Source: Tubiluchus corallicola
Lineage: Eukaryota > Animalia > Priapulida
DNA length: 64,000 bases
Direction: 5' to 3'
Assembly (NCBI GenBank): GCA_030141605.1
Contig: JAQGDQ010000050.1
Span: forward strand, 631,971 to 695,970
The stretch's first letter is position 1, and every line of letters begins with the position of its first letter. The translations under genes were made by a program, and so were the position numbers. The notes beneath the pieces were generated by a model, which was not told the origin of the DNA, did no database searches, and saw only the letters and a program-made list of their open reading frames with translations. Positions 12,801-27,800 of this stretch are shown here, in pieces.

Positions 12801-15800
12801 CTTAAAATTAATAGGAAAATGGAATGCTGTGTTTTGCAGATGATATAAGGGAAAGATTAGATGTCCTAGATAAAGTGCGAAAAATGGAAATGGATATTGA
12901 GATGATGCTAGCACCTATAGAAGAAGCTTATGATGCCATGATTCACTATGACGTTACTGGAATTGTGAAGGATTCTGAAGTTGTAGAATCCCTTATATAT
13001 AACTGGAAGAAGCTGCTGTCACAGGTAACAATCTCATAGATTCTAGCATGACTCTATTCACCTGCAGTTGACAGTCATAAAGATCAGGGCAGCTTATATA
13101 AACAAAGCAACCTTTTCCACTTGGTCCTCAACAATTTTTGCGAATTAACATATTAAGCTTGTCAGAGGTTGCCTAGTTCTGCACTTTTTTGCTAATTTTA
13201 GGGAAAAATAAGAGTCCAGTTGATTTGTATGGCTCAGTACACACTTTCAAGCATTTTTAGTGAGTAAATGATTAAAAAATTCAATACAGTTGAGTGGCAA
13301 GGAGATTGTATAAATGCAAAGTATTCAGGCTGATCCATAAAATCAAATTTTCTTTATTATATAAGTATTATATGTGAATCAAATCGGCATGCAGTAAAGA
13401 ATCTTTGAATATTTTGCTCACGTTAAGAATTCATTGGGTTCAGTAATAGAGAAGAAGTAAGTAACATAGCAGTTTATTATCATCAGCTATATAAACGTCA
13501 TATAAGACTGGATGTACCTAAGAACTTCTACTCCCAGGATGTAATCAGTCACTGGAACAGACTGCTGCAAGCCGCAATTGACGCTACAAGCATAAATCAA
13601 TTTAAAAACAAAATAGGATCATATATCAAAAAGTTGCAATACGCAAATCTAAAATACTTTTGTAACAGTCCACAGTGCTGCCACATTTAATATGCATCTA
13701 TAGCCCTTTTTACTGGGCTTTTGCATTTATTTTACCATCCACGAAGCTTTGAAAATCTCAGAGGATCTATGGAGTTGATGGCATGGGACCTCTTTCCAGG
13801 TAAATTTAGCTAAATATTGTCCTTTCATTCCTATTCGACCTGTTCAAAACATGAAGGAAAAACGTGAACAAATGTTCCATTGTTCTAAAAAAAGGTAATA
13901 CTCACTGCAACAGGAGCTGTGTGTACACCTGACAATTTCAGTGTATGATTTATACAAGTGACAAATTTTGCTTTTGGGTTAATTTCTTTGATAGATTTCT
14001 GCAGACCGGTGTGTTGACACAGCAGCATTATCATAGGCCTGCCCTCTGCAGTTTTGTATATCACTTCCTTCATTCTTTAGTTTTTCCACAATCATAGTTG
14101 AAACATTCTCAGCGGTTTTATTTTTATTTCAATGAAATCAACAAAAGATTCCATAACCTTGACGATATTCCCGTCGATTATAACGTAATGTAAAACCTGG
14201 CTCATTTAATCTTCACTGCGAAATATCAGGAGTGCTGTGGAAGGTCATAGAAAAATATTTAGCTTGTCTTACTTGCTCAATTATTTTGCTCTTCATGTTT
14301 TCTCCCAAAATTTCTATAAACTCATTATCCCATTATCAAACGAGTTTACCCATAAACTCCTTGGTAAAGTAGCAAACTTTTTACCAACCTTGATTCTCAA
14401 AAGGTGTTCAGAGGTGATTCTCAAAACATTAGCTTCGTAGTACTGGCTAATATTTCACTAATAAATGAACCAACTGTAAAAAATTTCGTCTTTTTCTGAT
14501 TGCTTCATGGCGAACGTCAATCTCATCAGTCTCACAACCAATTTGTTCTCGGTGACCCCGTAAAGCCAAATTCTGTTTAGCTGGGAATCTAATGATATCA
14601 AGTAATCTTGAAAGAATCTCCCTCCACTTTTTCACTTCGTTTTCTCTAATTTCTGGTTCTTTCTTATCAATTGTTGCTCCACAACTATCCTAATTTCTAA
14701 CTCCTTCCATTGGGTGAAAGCTTGGACGTGAGCTATACTACATTTGTGCTCAATAGTTTAGGATTCAGTTTCCACCACATGTTGAATCCATCCACGGAAT
14801 TAAAGTGGGAGTGACTTCTGTTTGAAAGAGTTTGCAACAAAAGCAGTAAACTGCTTTTTTTGTTTAGGAGAGTATACCATCCACGATCTCAAAAGTTTCT
14901 CACCAGTTGGCAGAGTTTGAAGAAACCCCTCGCGTGTTAATCATCTAGTTTTTTTTTCCTTTAGCAGATGCACTCTGATGCATCTCTTACAAGGTAGGTT
15001 CAGTAGGTTCAGCAGTAGCAGTAGGTTCAGAAACTGCTTCAGTGTCTGCTAAAGCAGTCAGTTCAGCCTCAAAAACCGCTGCAGTTTCAGCAGTAGCACT
15101 GCGTTAAAGCTCAGAAAAGATCCGGTTTCAGCAGTTACAGTAGGTTCAGAAACTGATCCAGTTTCAGTAGTAATGGTTGGCTCAGAAACTGCTTCAGTTT
15201 CAGCAGTAGCAGTGCGTTCAAGCTCAGAAACGGCTCCAGTTTCAGCAGTTCTAGTAGGTTCAGAAACTGATCCAGTTTCAGTAGTAATGGTATGCTCAAA
15301 AACTAGGGAAGCTATTGTCTGCTAAGGAAGAAACCATGCACCCTGCATGCTTCAAAAAGCAAAAGTCTCGTTACTTTGCAGCTTCTTCAAATTTTAACAG
15401 AGCAAAGATTATATGAATGTCAGTTAACTTCAGCAAAGAGTCAGTTAATACAAAGCGTGCACAGCGCAGAAACTTTGAAATCGGAGAGTGAAAGACTACG
15501 CAAATATCACAAAGCTATTAAATTACTAATTATCAATGAAACATCATCACTTCTCAGCATTTGTCTTTTTACTGTTCCGACACAATCAACTTTTTCAGTG
15601 TAATGTCCTGGCCCACCAACACAAGTATTGCTATACTCAAAAGTAAGGCGTACTAAACTGGATGACCATAAAGATCTTACAGATGTGCGTGTACACTATC
15701 GTCAGGGGAGTCTCCGCCTACGTGAATTTGTTTTACCTGTTGTTTAGTGTAACTGTCATTGTAACCTAAAGCTGCATTCACGTTTATCATCTTAACAAAG

Positions 15801-18800
15801 CATAAATATACAACAGAACGCATCATATAAAATAGTACAAAAATATATAATTAGTAAAATAATACAAATACACACCGTTTACCAGGGATAAACAACTATA
15901 GAAATTTACATGTACGTAGTTGAACACTTGAGAGTTGGAAGCTGGCCCGTTATGCATCAATACCATGAATAATACCACACTCGTCGTCTAGATCTCCTAT
16001 ATGTATGCACCTCCACTGCATTCCAGGGCACACTCCGCTCCTGGTTTGCCTCCTCGTCAACTCCCTGTCTGTTGAATCTGACTCCTCTAATGACCCTGTC
16101 ATGCCAACCGTAACCACATCAGCTATCACTGACAACACAAATAGTATTTCCTCATTGACCTCCAAATCCAGGTCTTCCCTTTTCCAACTACGGCTCGTAG
16201 CATCACTGACCCTGTCCTCCAAGCTCCAGCCATAACCATAACCCAGCAGACTGACGTAGAGTTTAACAGTCTATCCGCCAACAAAAGAACAGCTCCTCCA
16301 GATGCAGCACGAGACGCAGGCAGGTTAAGCCTCATATGGATTCAGCCACTAACATGGATTCAAGCACATTCTTGTGGACATTCTAACCAGGATAAATGCA
16401 AATGAACAGATAACATTATCCACAGTCATGCTGACTAGCATTCCAAATAAATATGACAAAATAAACTAAATACTGGTTTCAACACTAAGATAGTACACCG
16501 TATGCCATGACATATCAATTCTGCCCACTCCCCAACTAGCAAGAGGAAACCCATTTTTTTCTGATTCACCTGTCCAACCCCTCACCAGGCACAACTAATC
16601 TGTCAGAATAATCCCAGCAATCAATACTTATATAAGCTGACCATTGCACCCCCTGTCTCCCCCTAGCTACTTTTGTCTTGCCATTTTTGTGTTCAACTGA
16701 AAGGTAATTGAATTTGCTCTTTTTTTTAGTGTCTAGTAGCACAAAGTCATCTACAAGAAATACAGCCAATAATGAAAGCAGACTTGATACAAAAGGTGGC
16801 AGAGTTTAAAACAGAAGTGAGAGCCTTCCAGGAGGCCTATGATTTCAGGTAAGTGTTGAGAAGTACTGTGAACTGTGGTTGATGCAGGATTTACCTGATC
16901 AGCATAAATGTTGCAACTTTGCTATTATTTTGTTTAGAGGATCTAATCAACAACATATACCACCTGACCAAGCATTGGACAAGATTGCTGTATCTCAGGC
17001 GAAGTTTTCTGAGCTGTGGTCGAAGTATGAGATGTACGGACGTGGTGAAGACCTGTTCCAGTTGCCAAGATCTGAATTTCCTGAACTCGTTCGCATCAAA
17101 AAAGAATTAGGTATGCTTAAAAATAACTCAAGCCTTTTTTTATAAACATTTATTTGAAATAATTGCCTTTGGTAAACAGTAAATAAATGATGAATTAAGT
17201 TGCCTCAGGCTGCAAAATTTACAGGAGCACACTTTAACAGGAAAAACAAATCTATCACAAAATATACATAACTATTCCAATTGTTTATTAAGATAATTAA
17301 AATGGTTAGATGAACCAATATATTGCTGTACCAGGTCAAATGATGTTCTGTTCATAACTTAGTAGAGAACTACCAGAAAGAAAAACTGAAATTTTTAATT
17401 GTGGGTCAAAGTTATTACTATATTTATTTTGCAAGCTCACGAGTAAGTAGTCCATTTAATTCATTAACTGTCAGTTTAAATAATTTGCTTGTTTTTCTTC
17501 TTTACAGGACTCTTGCAAAAGCTGTATCAACTTTACAGCACTGTGGTAATGAAAGTGAACAGCTACTATGAGTTACAATGGAACAACATTGACATTGAAA
17601 CCATTAATGCAGAAGTTATTGAGTTTCAGAATAGGTATAAATTATTGCTGTGTGTGTTAGTCACAAACACTTGGGACTAATCTTTGCAGAAATTATTGCA
17701 GATACCTTATATTATTATCAGATAATAAAAAGTATATTTTATGAAATCAAAGTATTACCTGTTGTATGCCTTAGATATAACCAAGTAAAAAAAATACAGA
17801 CAATTAACACGACAGCTACATAAAAATCTGTCAGATCTGTTTTGACAGTGGTGCTAATGTCATCTCTGTGTGTGCAAACCACGAGCCAATGCAACAAACT
17901 GTGTATGGATGCAATGAATAGCGTGTGTCAGTTTGACACTAAAAAGTTACCTGATTAATAGCCCATTATAAACGACAATTGAGCAATTTTTAGCAATGTG
18001 AACATCTAAGTTTACTAAACTTTAAACATACTAAAACCTTCAAATACAGAAAATTGAGCTAGCTGCTGAAACATCACTTTGCACTAACTGGGGAACCTCA
18101 CAGTTGTTTGCTTCCCCAGATGCCCCAGTTCACTGCATACTTTGCTCTACAAGTCACTATATGCCACAGGCTGTTTTGTTATATTTTTACCTTACCACAT
18201 GATGCCAACAAAGTCAAAATGATTACTTCGAATATTTCAGCTGTTGGAAGTTGCCTCGTGCATTGAGAGAATGGCCTGCCTACAATGAGTTGAGGAAGAA
18301 GGTTGATGACTGGAATGAGACAATACCGTTGCTTGAGCTGATGGCAAACAAGGCAATGCAGCCAAGGCACTGGGAAAGGTTTGTTTATATTTATTAGAAT
18401 GACACAACCTGTTGACTAACTGCAACGGCTGTTGCATTATTCTGTTCTCAACCTTTTATTCCAGGAGACTTTCTAGGGCTTTTTAAGTATTGATGCAGCT
18501 TTTTGGAAACCAATACTTCCTCACTAATTGTTAAAAGTAGTCCAATGTTTTAAATGCATTCTTTGCTTAGCCTAATACTGCTGAAATGCTGTTGTCGAAT
18601 GCTATCAGCATTTTGTGCTACCTATCTGCATTTGACAATGTAGCAAGCTATTGCAGTGGCATTATAACATGACAAAATCTTTAAACTAAGATCATTACAT
18701 TTGAAAACAGAATTTTTGAAACTCAAATAGACCTACAAGCAAAACTCAATGGAGAAGTTGTCTTACCTGCAGTACTTATAAATTTGCCAAAAATATGATA

Positions 18801-21800
18801 GTAATTTTAATGATTGTCTCATGCATGTTAAAATCAGTTTCTGAATGCTCTGTTATTAGTGCTGGCATTGACAAAAGTTCATTTGTTCTGCATTTAATAC
18901 ATTGCCATTAAATAGGTAAAATCTTCAACTATAGAGTTTTGAAAAAGTTATTACATTTTTGGAAATTTCCATAAGTGAAAACTACATCACAAAAAGCAAG
19001 TGCCTTTGTAACCTCTTTAAGTACCTGAGTTGTAATTGTGCTTATGCATATATTATATACATAGCTGTCATACATGGGCTAGTCTAGACCATCTACTTTG
19101 ATAGATCCAGAAAAGAATCATTAACTTTGTTGGCCTTGACATGGCATCAAATCTTGAATCTCTTGATTGATGAATGCCAATTGCTTCACTGTGCCTTTTT
19201 GTAGATGTCTTTATTCTAGGTGGTTTGATAGTACTTATCTTATGTCTAAGTTACAGCAAAATACAAAGTTCTGCTGTTGCTGATTTCTTATTTATATCGT
19301 TGGCATTCTTAAATGCAGAATAGGCTTTTTTATAACAATTTCTTTTCACTGACATCACTTCTTGAAACACCTTGTCAGCATTTTGCTTCCATTTTTCCTG
19401 AAACCTCCTGCCATTTAAGAAAAAACAGCAATGGGCACCTGCGTAGTGCCTCTTAATAAATTAAACTTTCTATATTTTATTTTTAATTATATTCTCCTTT
19501 ATGTGGTCTGTTTAGAGTAGAGCAGTTTGGTCTTCTGAATATGAAAAACTGCCTAAAAAAGTTCTGGTTTAGCTGCTAATTGTTTATGTGCTTCGACACA
19601 CCAGTTCTCAGAGGAGTGTTTGTCACAGCTTATGTATCATAGTTCTTGTTTTTAGGATACAAAACGTTTTGCAATATAAATTTGATGTCAACATGGTGGG
19701 ATTTTTGCTGAAACATTTGATAAAGGCTCCTTTGTTAGAACATAAAGATGATATTGAGGTGAGTGAATATATTTAACTAAATCGTATGTTTTGTTACATT
19801 TGAGTTACATTCATATTCAGTGTTTTACTGCTTTACTTTTTTATTAATTACTTATTTTCCATTTTTTGTTTTCAGCAACATACAAATGTTGGTCACTTTG
19901 CTCAAGTTGCTAAATAAAAGTCTTATGTTAATAAAGCACTAACATTTTTAAAACTAGTATGTTGTTCTAATGATCTACAATCGTGTGAATCCTGATTCTA
20001 TTGCTTGCTCTTATATTATGATAACTATGTACATCCTGGAAGTAGAGTTAACACAATATTAAGGAAAAAATTGATATATTTATTAGATAATTTAGAAAGC
20101 CACTTGTTTCAAGTTATTGGTTGACAATGATCACCTTATCCTATTGCTAGACTGCAGCTTGGTTGTTTATTGCTTCGTTGTTTTGCAGTTTAGTTGTTTT
20201 TTGCTTCCTGGCAAGTTAAAGTTATTTTGAGGGTTAGCAATAGCTGACAGGTTTGCTTAGAATTGATTTCTTGATGTAATATGAAAACAACAAGTTTGAA
20301 TGTGATGCTTTATATAAACATGCTACCTTTTTAACCAACTTATCGTATAACTGATTATGTTGTGTTGTGTAGGAAATTTGCATATCGGCTGTTAAAGAAA
20401 AAGACATTGAAGCTAAACTGCGCACAGTTGTTAATGAGTGGGAGTCACAAGTGTTTGTTTTTGCCTCATTCAAGCATCGTGGTGAACTACTACTAAAATG
20501 TAAGTATTATGACATTAACGTATCAAATAATATATTATGGTGGAGGACTACTATAACATTTTAAACTTTTTTCTCCAGTGCCATAGGATTACTCAAATTA
20601 TCCATCTGTTCTGAAAATTGTATGTTTATTAGAAGGGAATTTGAAATTTTTAGGCACCTACATAAATGTTAAATTGGAGTGATGTGCTGCTAACACAGAG
20701 TGTATTCTTCAATAATATACTGCCTTAGTTTGATATATTATACTGCCTAGATTGTATAGTCTTTACCTTATTTTTTGCACTCGACTTTTTTAAAATAATT
20801 TTTTTCTGTAGCTGAACATCTCCTGGAGCTGATAGCCATGATGGAGGATAGTTTAATGATACTAAGCTCATTGATGAGCAACAGGTACTTAAGAAATAAT
20901 TACTATGTTAGAACAGAAGCAGTAACATAATTAACGAAATTACAAAAACCGTAACAGAAACTAACACCAATAGCAATAAAAACAGCTACGATAACAAGTG
21001 AATGATGCAGTAGAAGTGACAAGAACTGAGCCAGGGACAAGTTGCATAAACAATTGCAACAGCAACACCGGCAACTGAAACATAAACAGCTACAACAGCT
21101 TCATTGCAACAAATGAGCAATGTCAGTGACAACATCAACATCATCATTAATTTTCATTAGTGTTTCCTGCTATGCTTGTTCGACCACGAGGAAGCTTTTT
21201 ATAAAATTGCCGTCAAGTGGAATAGGATCATGTCTCTCAGAGTCTCTCTGGCTAGTTTTTGGCAGAAAACAGAATACAAAAAATTGTTGTATCTTGAGTT
21301 CGTTATTTTTTTCATGTACTATACTTGATTTTTCCAGTGTCACTACTTTTACTAAATGATTTCATTTCCATTTCTGTAATGTAACCTGTCAATTTATATT
21401 TAACTATTGAATTATCTTACAGATACAATGTGCCGTTTAAAGCAAGCATTCAGACATGGATACATAAACTCACTGGTACCACTGAAGTGTTGGAAAACTG
21501 GCTCAGTGTGCAGAATCTTTGGATATATCTGGAAGCTGTATTTGTCGGAGGAGATATTGCTAAACAGCTACCAATGGTATCTAACTGTTTTCATATTACT
21601 GTGTAAATGATTATTCATGTGTAAGCATGGCTTATTTCACTGATTGAAGCAGGTGTTTCCAAAAGCAAACTAATTTCAAGTAGACCTTTTAATTGTGAAC
21701 GTGATGTAACTGCAGTGAAATTATGAGTATCATTACATAGCATTCTGCAAGTTGAAATTTTTTTCTGTTCTACTCTATACTGCTAGAAAAACTTTTTTAA

Positions 21801-24800
21801 AAATTTCTAGAGCTTTCCACGAGCAACCAGCCAAATTTCTAAAATAGTCTTTTCCCATATTCATTTCATTATTGTTGTGTTGTATATATGATATGATATT
21901 AAATTTAATTAAACACGGAATATGATATTAAATTAAAAAGCCAGTGTTTAATACAGTCAAACCTCGTTATAATGCCTCCTTTATCATGCTAACCTCTCTT
22001 AAAACCTAATTTTTGCACAATTTTAAATGTCCAGATTTGCATAGATTTGCACCTCATTATAATGCCAAACTCACATAATGCTAACTTTTCTGCAGTCCCA
22101 AAGTAGAGAGGATTAAGAGGTTTCACTGTACCTATATTTTGTTATAGACGGCATTTTCTCAAGACAAAATGGGCCGTGTCAGTTAGTTTGGTTGAAGATG
22201 TCATACTGCTATTAGGTGTTGTAATTGCCATTTGAGTGACACGTGTTTTTTGATCTTCTTGTATAAGTATATCATATTAAGTATATGAAGTTCTTAATAT
22301 AAAACTGCTTCACCTCTACCAGTTTAGTGCCTCATCTCAGACAATTATCCTGATAATGAGCAATGATAATGATACTTTATCCTGACAAGTTCCTGTCCTG
22401 CTACAATCATCAATTTTAGCAGGCCTTCTGCTAAGTGTGATATTTTGATGTGCAGTATGCTCAAAAACAATTTGGCTTCTCACTCCTGTATTAAAACTCT
22501 CTACCATGTGCATTCCTTCTTGCATTGCTTGCCTTTCTAATGTGGTAGGTTTTAGATTGCAGTCCTTTCTTGACACTAAATTTTCTTTTAAATTACCAGC
22601 TTATTTGAGTATTTTTTTATTTTGCTGCGGCAAGAGCAAAATTTTTGGTGAGTGTGTAGCATAATATTTTATTTGCTTATTATTACTTTAGGAAGCTAGA
22701 AGATTTCAAAACATTGATAAAACTTGGGTGAGGCTCATCAAGCGTGCGCATGAAGTCACAAATGTTGTTCAGTGTTGTGTCGGTGACGAATCACTTGGTG
22801 TTCTGCTGCCAAGATTGCAAGATCAACTGGAAATCTGTCAGAAATCACTTAGTGGTTACCTGGAAAAGAAAAGACTAGTTTTCCCCCGTTTCTTTTTTGT
22901 TTCTGATCCTGCCCTTTTGGAGATTTTAGGTCAAGCCAGTGACCCACACACTATACAGGTGCAAAGCATTTATTGCTCTTACAAGTGGTTTTTTACCATA
23001 CATAACTAAAAGTAAAGTGGTACTCAATATGAAAACCTTTTTTGCTGTTGCGCCATTTTCTTAAAGCACAGAGTACTTATATTTCCAACTGCATGTGTTT
23101 TATGTTATTCATATCTGCTTACAGTAAAAAAGTAAAACAAATTTAATTATAAGTAGTTGTAAAAATGTCATTTATGCTGCGAACAAGAATTATGGTAGTA
23201 GCAAGCAATCAGTCAACAAGAAAAACTTTTCTTTTACTTTGAGTGATTTTTCTGGGCTGCTTTTTAAGTGCTTCTTTGTAAAGTGAGTATAACTCTTAAA
23301 GTTGGGTGTTTGTAAAAGAAGCCAACATTGTTAATATGGACAACAGCTTTATAGCATTTGGTAATCCTGCCTTCGACAGACTAGTTTATCTCTGATTCCT
23401 ACACTGGAATCTGATTAAAAAGGTGCTAACAAGACCAGTATTTAGCTAGATCAATGAGTCCCAATAATTTGAATAATCTAGTTATTTGTTCTCCTTTCAC
23501 TGAGCTTCTGTAACTTCTTCTGAAGCACAGCATATCCAATAATGAAGTGTAGTAAAAACAAACTGAAGATATTTTTTCTGGGTTTACTTGATCTGAGTTT
23601 TTATTAGCTCCTTTTTGTTCGAGTAGTACAGATTATAAATGTAGATACATGTTTGTTTTTCATAGTCTCATTTGCTGAGCGTATTTGACAACACGAAGAA
23701 TGTTGAGTTCACAGATGATGAATACGAAAAGATAGTCAGCATCACATCGCAAGAGGGAGAGAGAATTGAGCTTGAGAATCCAGTTTTTGCCAAAGTAAGT
23801 GACTGGCTGATATCAGCTAGGTGCAAAATTGGATTGGTTTAAATAAGACAATTCAGCTTTTGGTTGTTATTTTCCATGGCTGTACAGGTAGTCATTGACT
23901 TACAACCACAATTGGGGCTGGCCGATTGGTTGTAAAATGAATTGGATGCGAGTCGGACCTGTATATTTTAGCGGTGTGCCTCTACACAGAAGTATGGTGG
24001 CAGCTACGATTAATTTATCAAAACAGATAGCGATTTGAAGTTAATTTGATTAAAAAATAGAAAGAAATATGAGTTATAGTTGGTTTTGTATAATTAATTC
24101 ATTTTAATTCACTTAAAAGTTGCTATGGGGTCATAAAGTGGAACAGTTGTAAGTCGTAGAGGTCATAAGTCCATGACTACTTGTATTGTAAATCAAATAA
24201 TTAATGCGTGCTGGAATTTTTACGAATTTTGCATAGAAGTCCTGACATAATAATTTCCAAGCATGTAAATTACAATAATAATAAAGTCGCTTACTGGCTA
24301 TATAACAGTATTAGTTGAATGGTTATTTTACATAGGCCAGTCTTTTAGTTTTAAAATCACTATTAGTTATTTACTGCACCATCTGGACTTATGAGTCCGC
24401 TTTCTACAACTTTTAGAAAAATTAAGTACATGTAGTTCTAGATAGCATGTCATTTATTGCAATGTTTGGTAACTTCTACTTTTACATCAACCTCAAATGT
24501 AAACTATTTGTTATGTAAATTCTCTTTTAACAGGGCAACGTTGAGTGTTGGCTTGGGGACTTGCTGTCAGCATCTAAGAATAGCATACAGCACATTATTT
24601 CCAATGCCGTCTCGGAAATGGAGTTACCTGATTTTAATCTTCTCACTTTTGAGAATAATTTTCCAGCCCAGGTAAGACCATTTTCCAGTTCTACCTACCT
24701 TGATGTGTAAGTAACATTCTGCCTCAGAAAGTGCAAAACACAGTTTCTTACCCATCTAGCTAGTTTGTAAAGAAGTCAGTTAATTAGCTTCATGCTAGCG

Positions 24801-27800
24801 CTATTAAAATCTGTTAATTACTTGTAAAGTGTAATTTCTTCAGGTTTACACCCAGTGTGAAGGAGTAAATTAAAGTGCATGTTTTGGCAGATATATTGCT
24901 TTCTTGTTATTTTAGAATGTATTAGCAATGTTTTTGGTTCTTTGTCAGAGTTTTAGTCAGGTCTACTAAGCCCGAAATTTTGATGAAATGGGGACTGACT
25001 GGATACACTGCCAAACCTTCAAGAGTGATCCTTTAGGTCATCATTCTCACAGCATTTTGGACATTTTTACAAAATTTCACATTTTGGGCTCTTGTCCCGA
25101 GTTATTTCAAGAAAAGACCTAATCTTAATGTGTGCTTTGGTAGTGCACATGTTGTTCTGCATTTTTGTTATATTTCTGCCATTTATTAATTTTATACTTT
25201 TATTTTCACAGTAGACCTGGTCATGTGACTAGAAATTTGTCATTAAGAGTAATAAGATACATATACTTAATTAAGATACTTACCATACTTACCTATGTGA
25301 AGATAATTCCATCGTGTCTCCATCTACAGAGCGATTTAACTGTACTTACCTGTTACTTACCTCTTGAAATGGTCCAGTGAATCCTGGTCGAGTTTTCATG
25401 GCTGGTCGATTTCAAAACTGATAGACATGTTTTTTGTGTCGTGAATTATGACTAATTGTAAAGTTGAAAGAGGCAAAGATGAAAGTCAAATTCATTTATT
25501 ACATTAATATGATTACTTGAACTTGATTTAAAAATTCAGTATCATTATTTCTGTTTATCAAAGTTTGTTAATAAGCTTATTCTAACATGCAAAAGTAGTG
25601 AAAATCTTTATTTTATTACAGATAAAACGTTAATGGTTACTTGGTTAATCTGTTGCATGGTTACGTGGTTACTTGGTTAACTAGTTGGTCAGTCACTTGA
25701 TTTATTGTGTTTGCCTATGGACATCAAATAAAGCCGATTAAATCACTTGACGCTTTGTGGACATTTTTTACAAAAATCTCAAACATGTTTTTGACTTGAT
25801 GAGCATCACTTTGATTTCTCTGTGATCCTTTGCTCCTGACTTGTATTAGAGCAGCATTTTTATTGACTTTGGGGTATTGATTTTTCGCAGGTTGGTAGAT
25901 TGGGTTTACAAATAATGTGGACCAAAGACTCGGAAGCAGCATTGCAGCAAGCACGTTCTGACAAGAAAATCATGGCTGCCACCAATCAGAGGTTTCTTGA
26001 CATCTTGAATCAATTAATTGACATCACATCAACTGAATTGACCCAAATGGACCGAATCAAGTTTGAAACACTTGTGACGATACATGTGCATCAGCGTGAT
26101 ATATTTGATGATATGGCAAGTTTTTCGATATTGAAAAATCAGCTTTCATAAAAATTGTCCCTGTAATTGTTGTACCAAGAAAATGACTCAATGATATACA
26201 AAGGCATGTACTTTTAACATTCTGCACAATGACATTCTTTGTTAGCACCACCCACTGGTGTTCACTGCCCCATTCAATATCCCTAGATCAAAGCAGAAAG
26301 TCACCACACTACTCCATTAAGGTACCAGTACACATAAATAAAAATTGTTGCTTAGCCGCAGTTTGTAAAAGGTTATCAGAACTTGGGCCTCTGTTTTTAA
26401 ATTTTGATCCCTAACTCCAATTCTTCCCAATTTTGGATTAACAGAAATTATTCCATTCATAAAACCTTCAGCCTGTCTGTCACACATGTAAGTTTTAACA
26501 ACTTGCTGTTAAAAGTCTAGAAGGAGATTAAGTGGCAAAACATTTGAGAAAATAGATATTTGACCTTAAAACACATACCCAAGTTCATCAACTGCCTCAC
26601 CAAAATAAGACCCTCGTGGTCCAGTAAGCTGTTTAACTTCTCTCTCTCTCTCTATCTCAGTTTCCAGTTTTCATGTTACAAAGTCAAACAATTTATGTAT
26701 CGGACTAAAACCTAAATTGCAATTCAAATACAATAGTGTTTCCCATTTTCATTGTAAATTGAAATACCAGTGAGTTACTGACTGAAAACACCCTGGTATG
26801 TTGTAGGTTCGTTTACATGTGAAGAATATTAGTGAGTTTGACTGGCTGAAGCAATCAAGATTCTACTACCGTGATGAAAGCGATCAGTGTGTTGTTTCAA
26901 TCACTGATGTTGACTTCATTTATCAAAACGAATTTCTTGGTTGCACAGAACGATTGGTCATTACTCCTCTTACTGACAGGTATACACAAGTAAAACATAG
27001 TACCTGCCATTGTACGAAATTTTTTACATTAATTGTTTTAGTGACTGGCTTGTTATACAAAAAGTGCATCTGTTGCAACACAACAATATGTAATTTTCGC
27101 TGTATTTTAAGGCTAAGGACATACCTTTTCGTAACATGGTGTCACATTTCTGGGATTGCTAATCATTGGAATGTTCGAATGTGCTATCAAGCATTTGGAT
27201 GAAAACACATTAACAACCAATTAGCTTCATCAGTTGATGCACAATTCCACTTGTTGCCACTGTGTCACTGTTTCAGACTTGAGATACATAGAAACAATAA
27301 TTAACAACCACGGTTGTTAATTAAGGAAGTGCTGTAGCACAATGCCAATGTCACTGTGTTATGTGATTTTTTGGCAAAATTTAATCAGCATTTTTTTATC
27401 ATGTCCAAAAAAGTTCTCTGGAGACAAGGTACAGTAACTACTTGCTCAAAGAGGCTAATGCGTTCTTGCAAAAAGGCATCTGTCAATTTTTCCTGGTAGT
27501 TTAATTTTTAAACCACTCTGCAACAAGCTACTAGTTGTTTTGCTAGAAATAATGCTGGTTGCTGGTAAGCAGAGCTCGTATCTTTGAAGTCAAATATTAG
27601 ATTAATAAACATTATTAATGAAAGCTGAACCCCCACTGGAAAAGCCTTCAGGCAATTTTGTATTGACAATGTTCTGGTAACAATAGCGACAAGGCTGTTC
27701 ATGTTGCCTTGTTCTGTCGTCATTTTTGTTTATTTTGTTTTCACAATAGTGTTTTTTCGATTAGTAAAAAAACAATTTACTCACTATAAATGGTTCTTTT

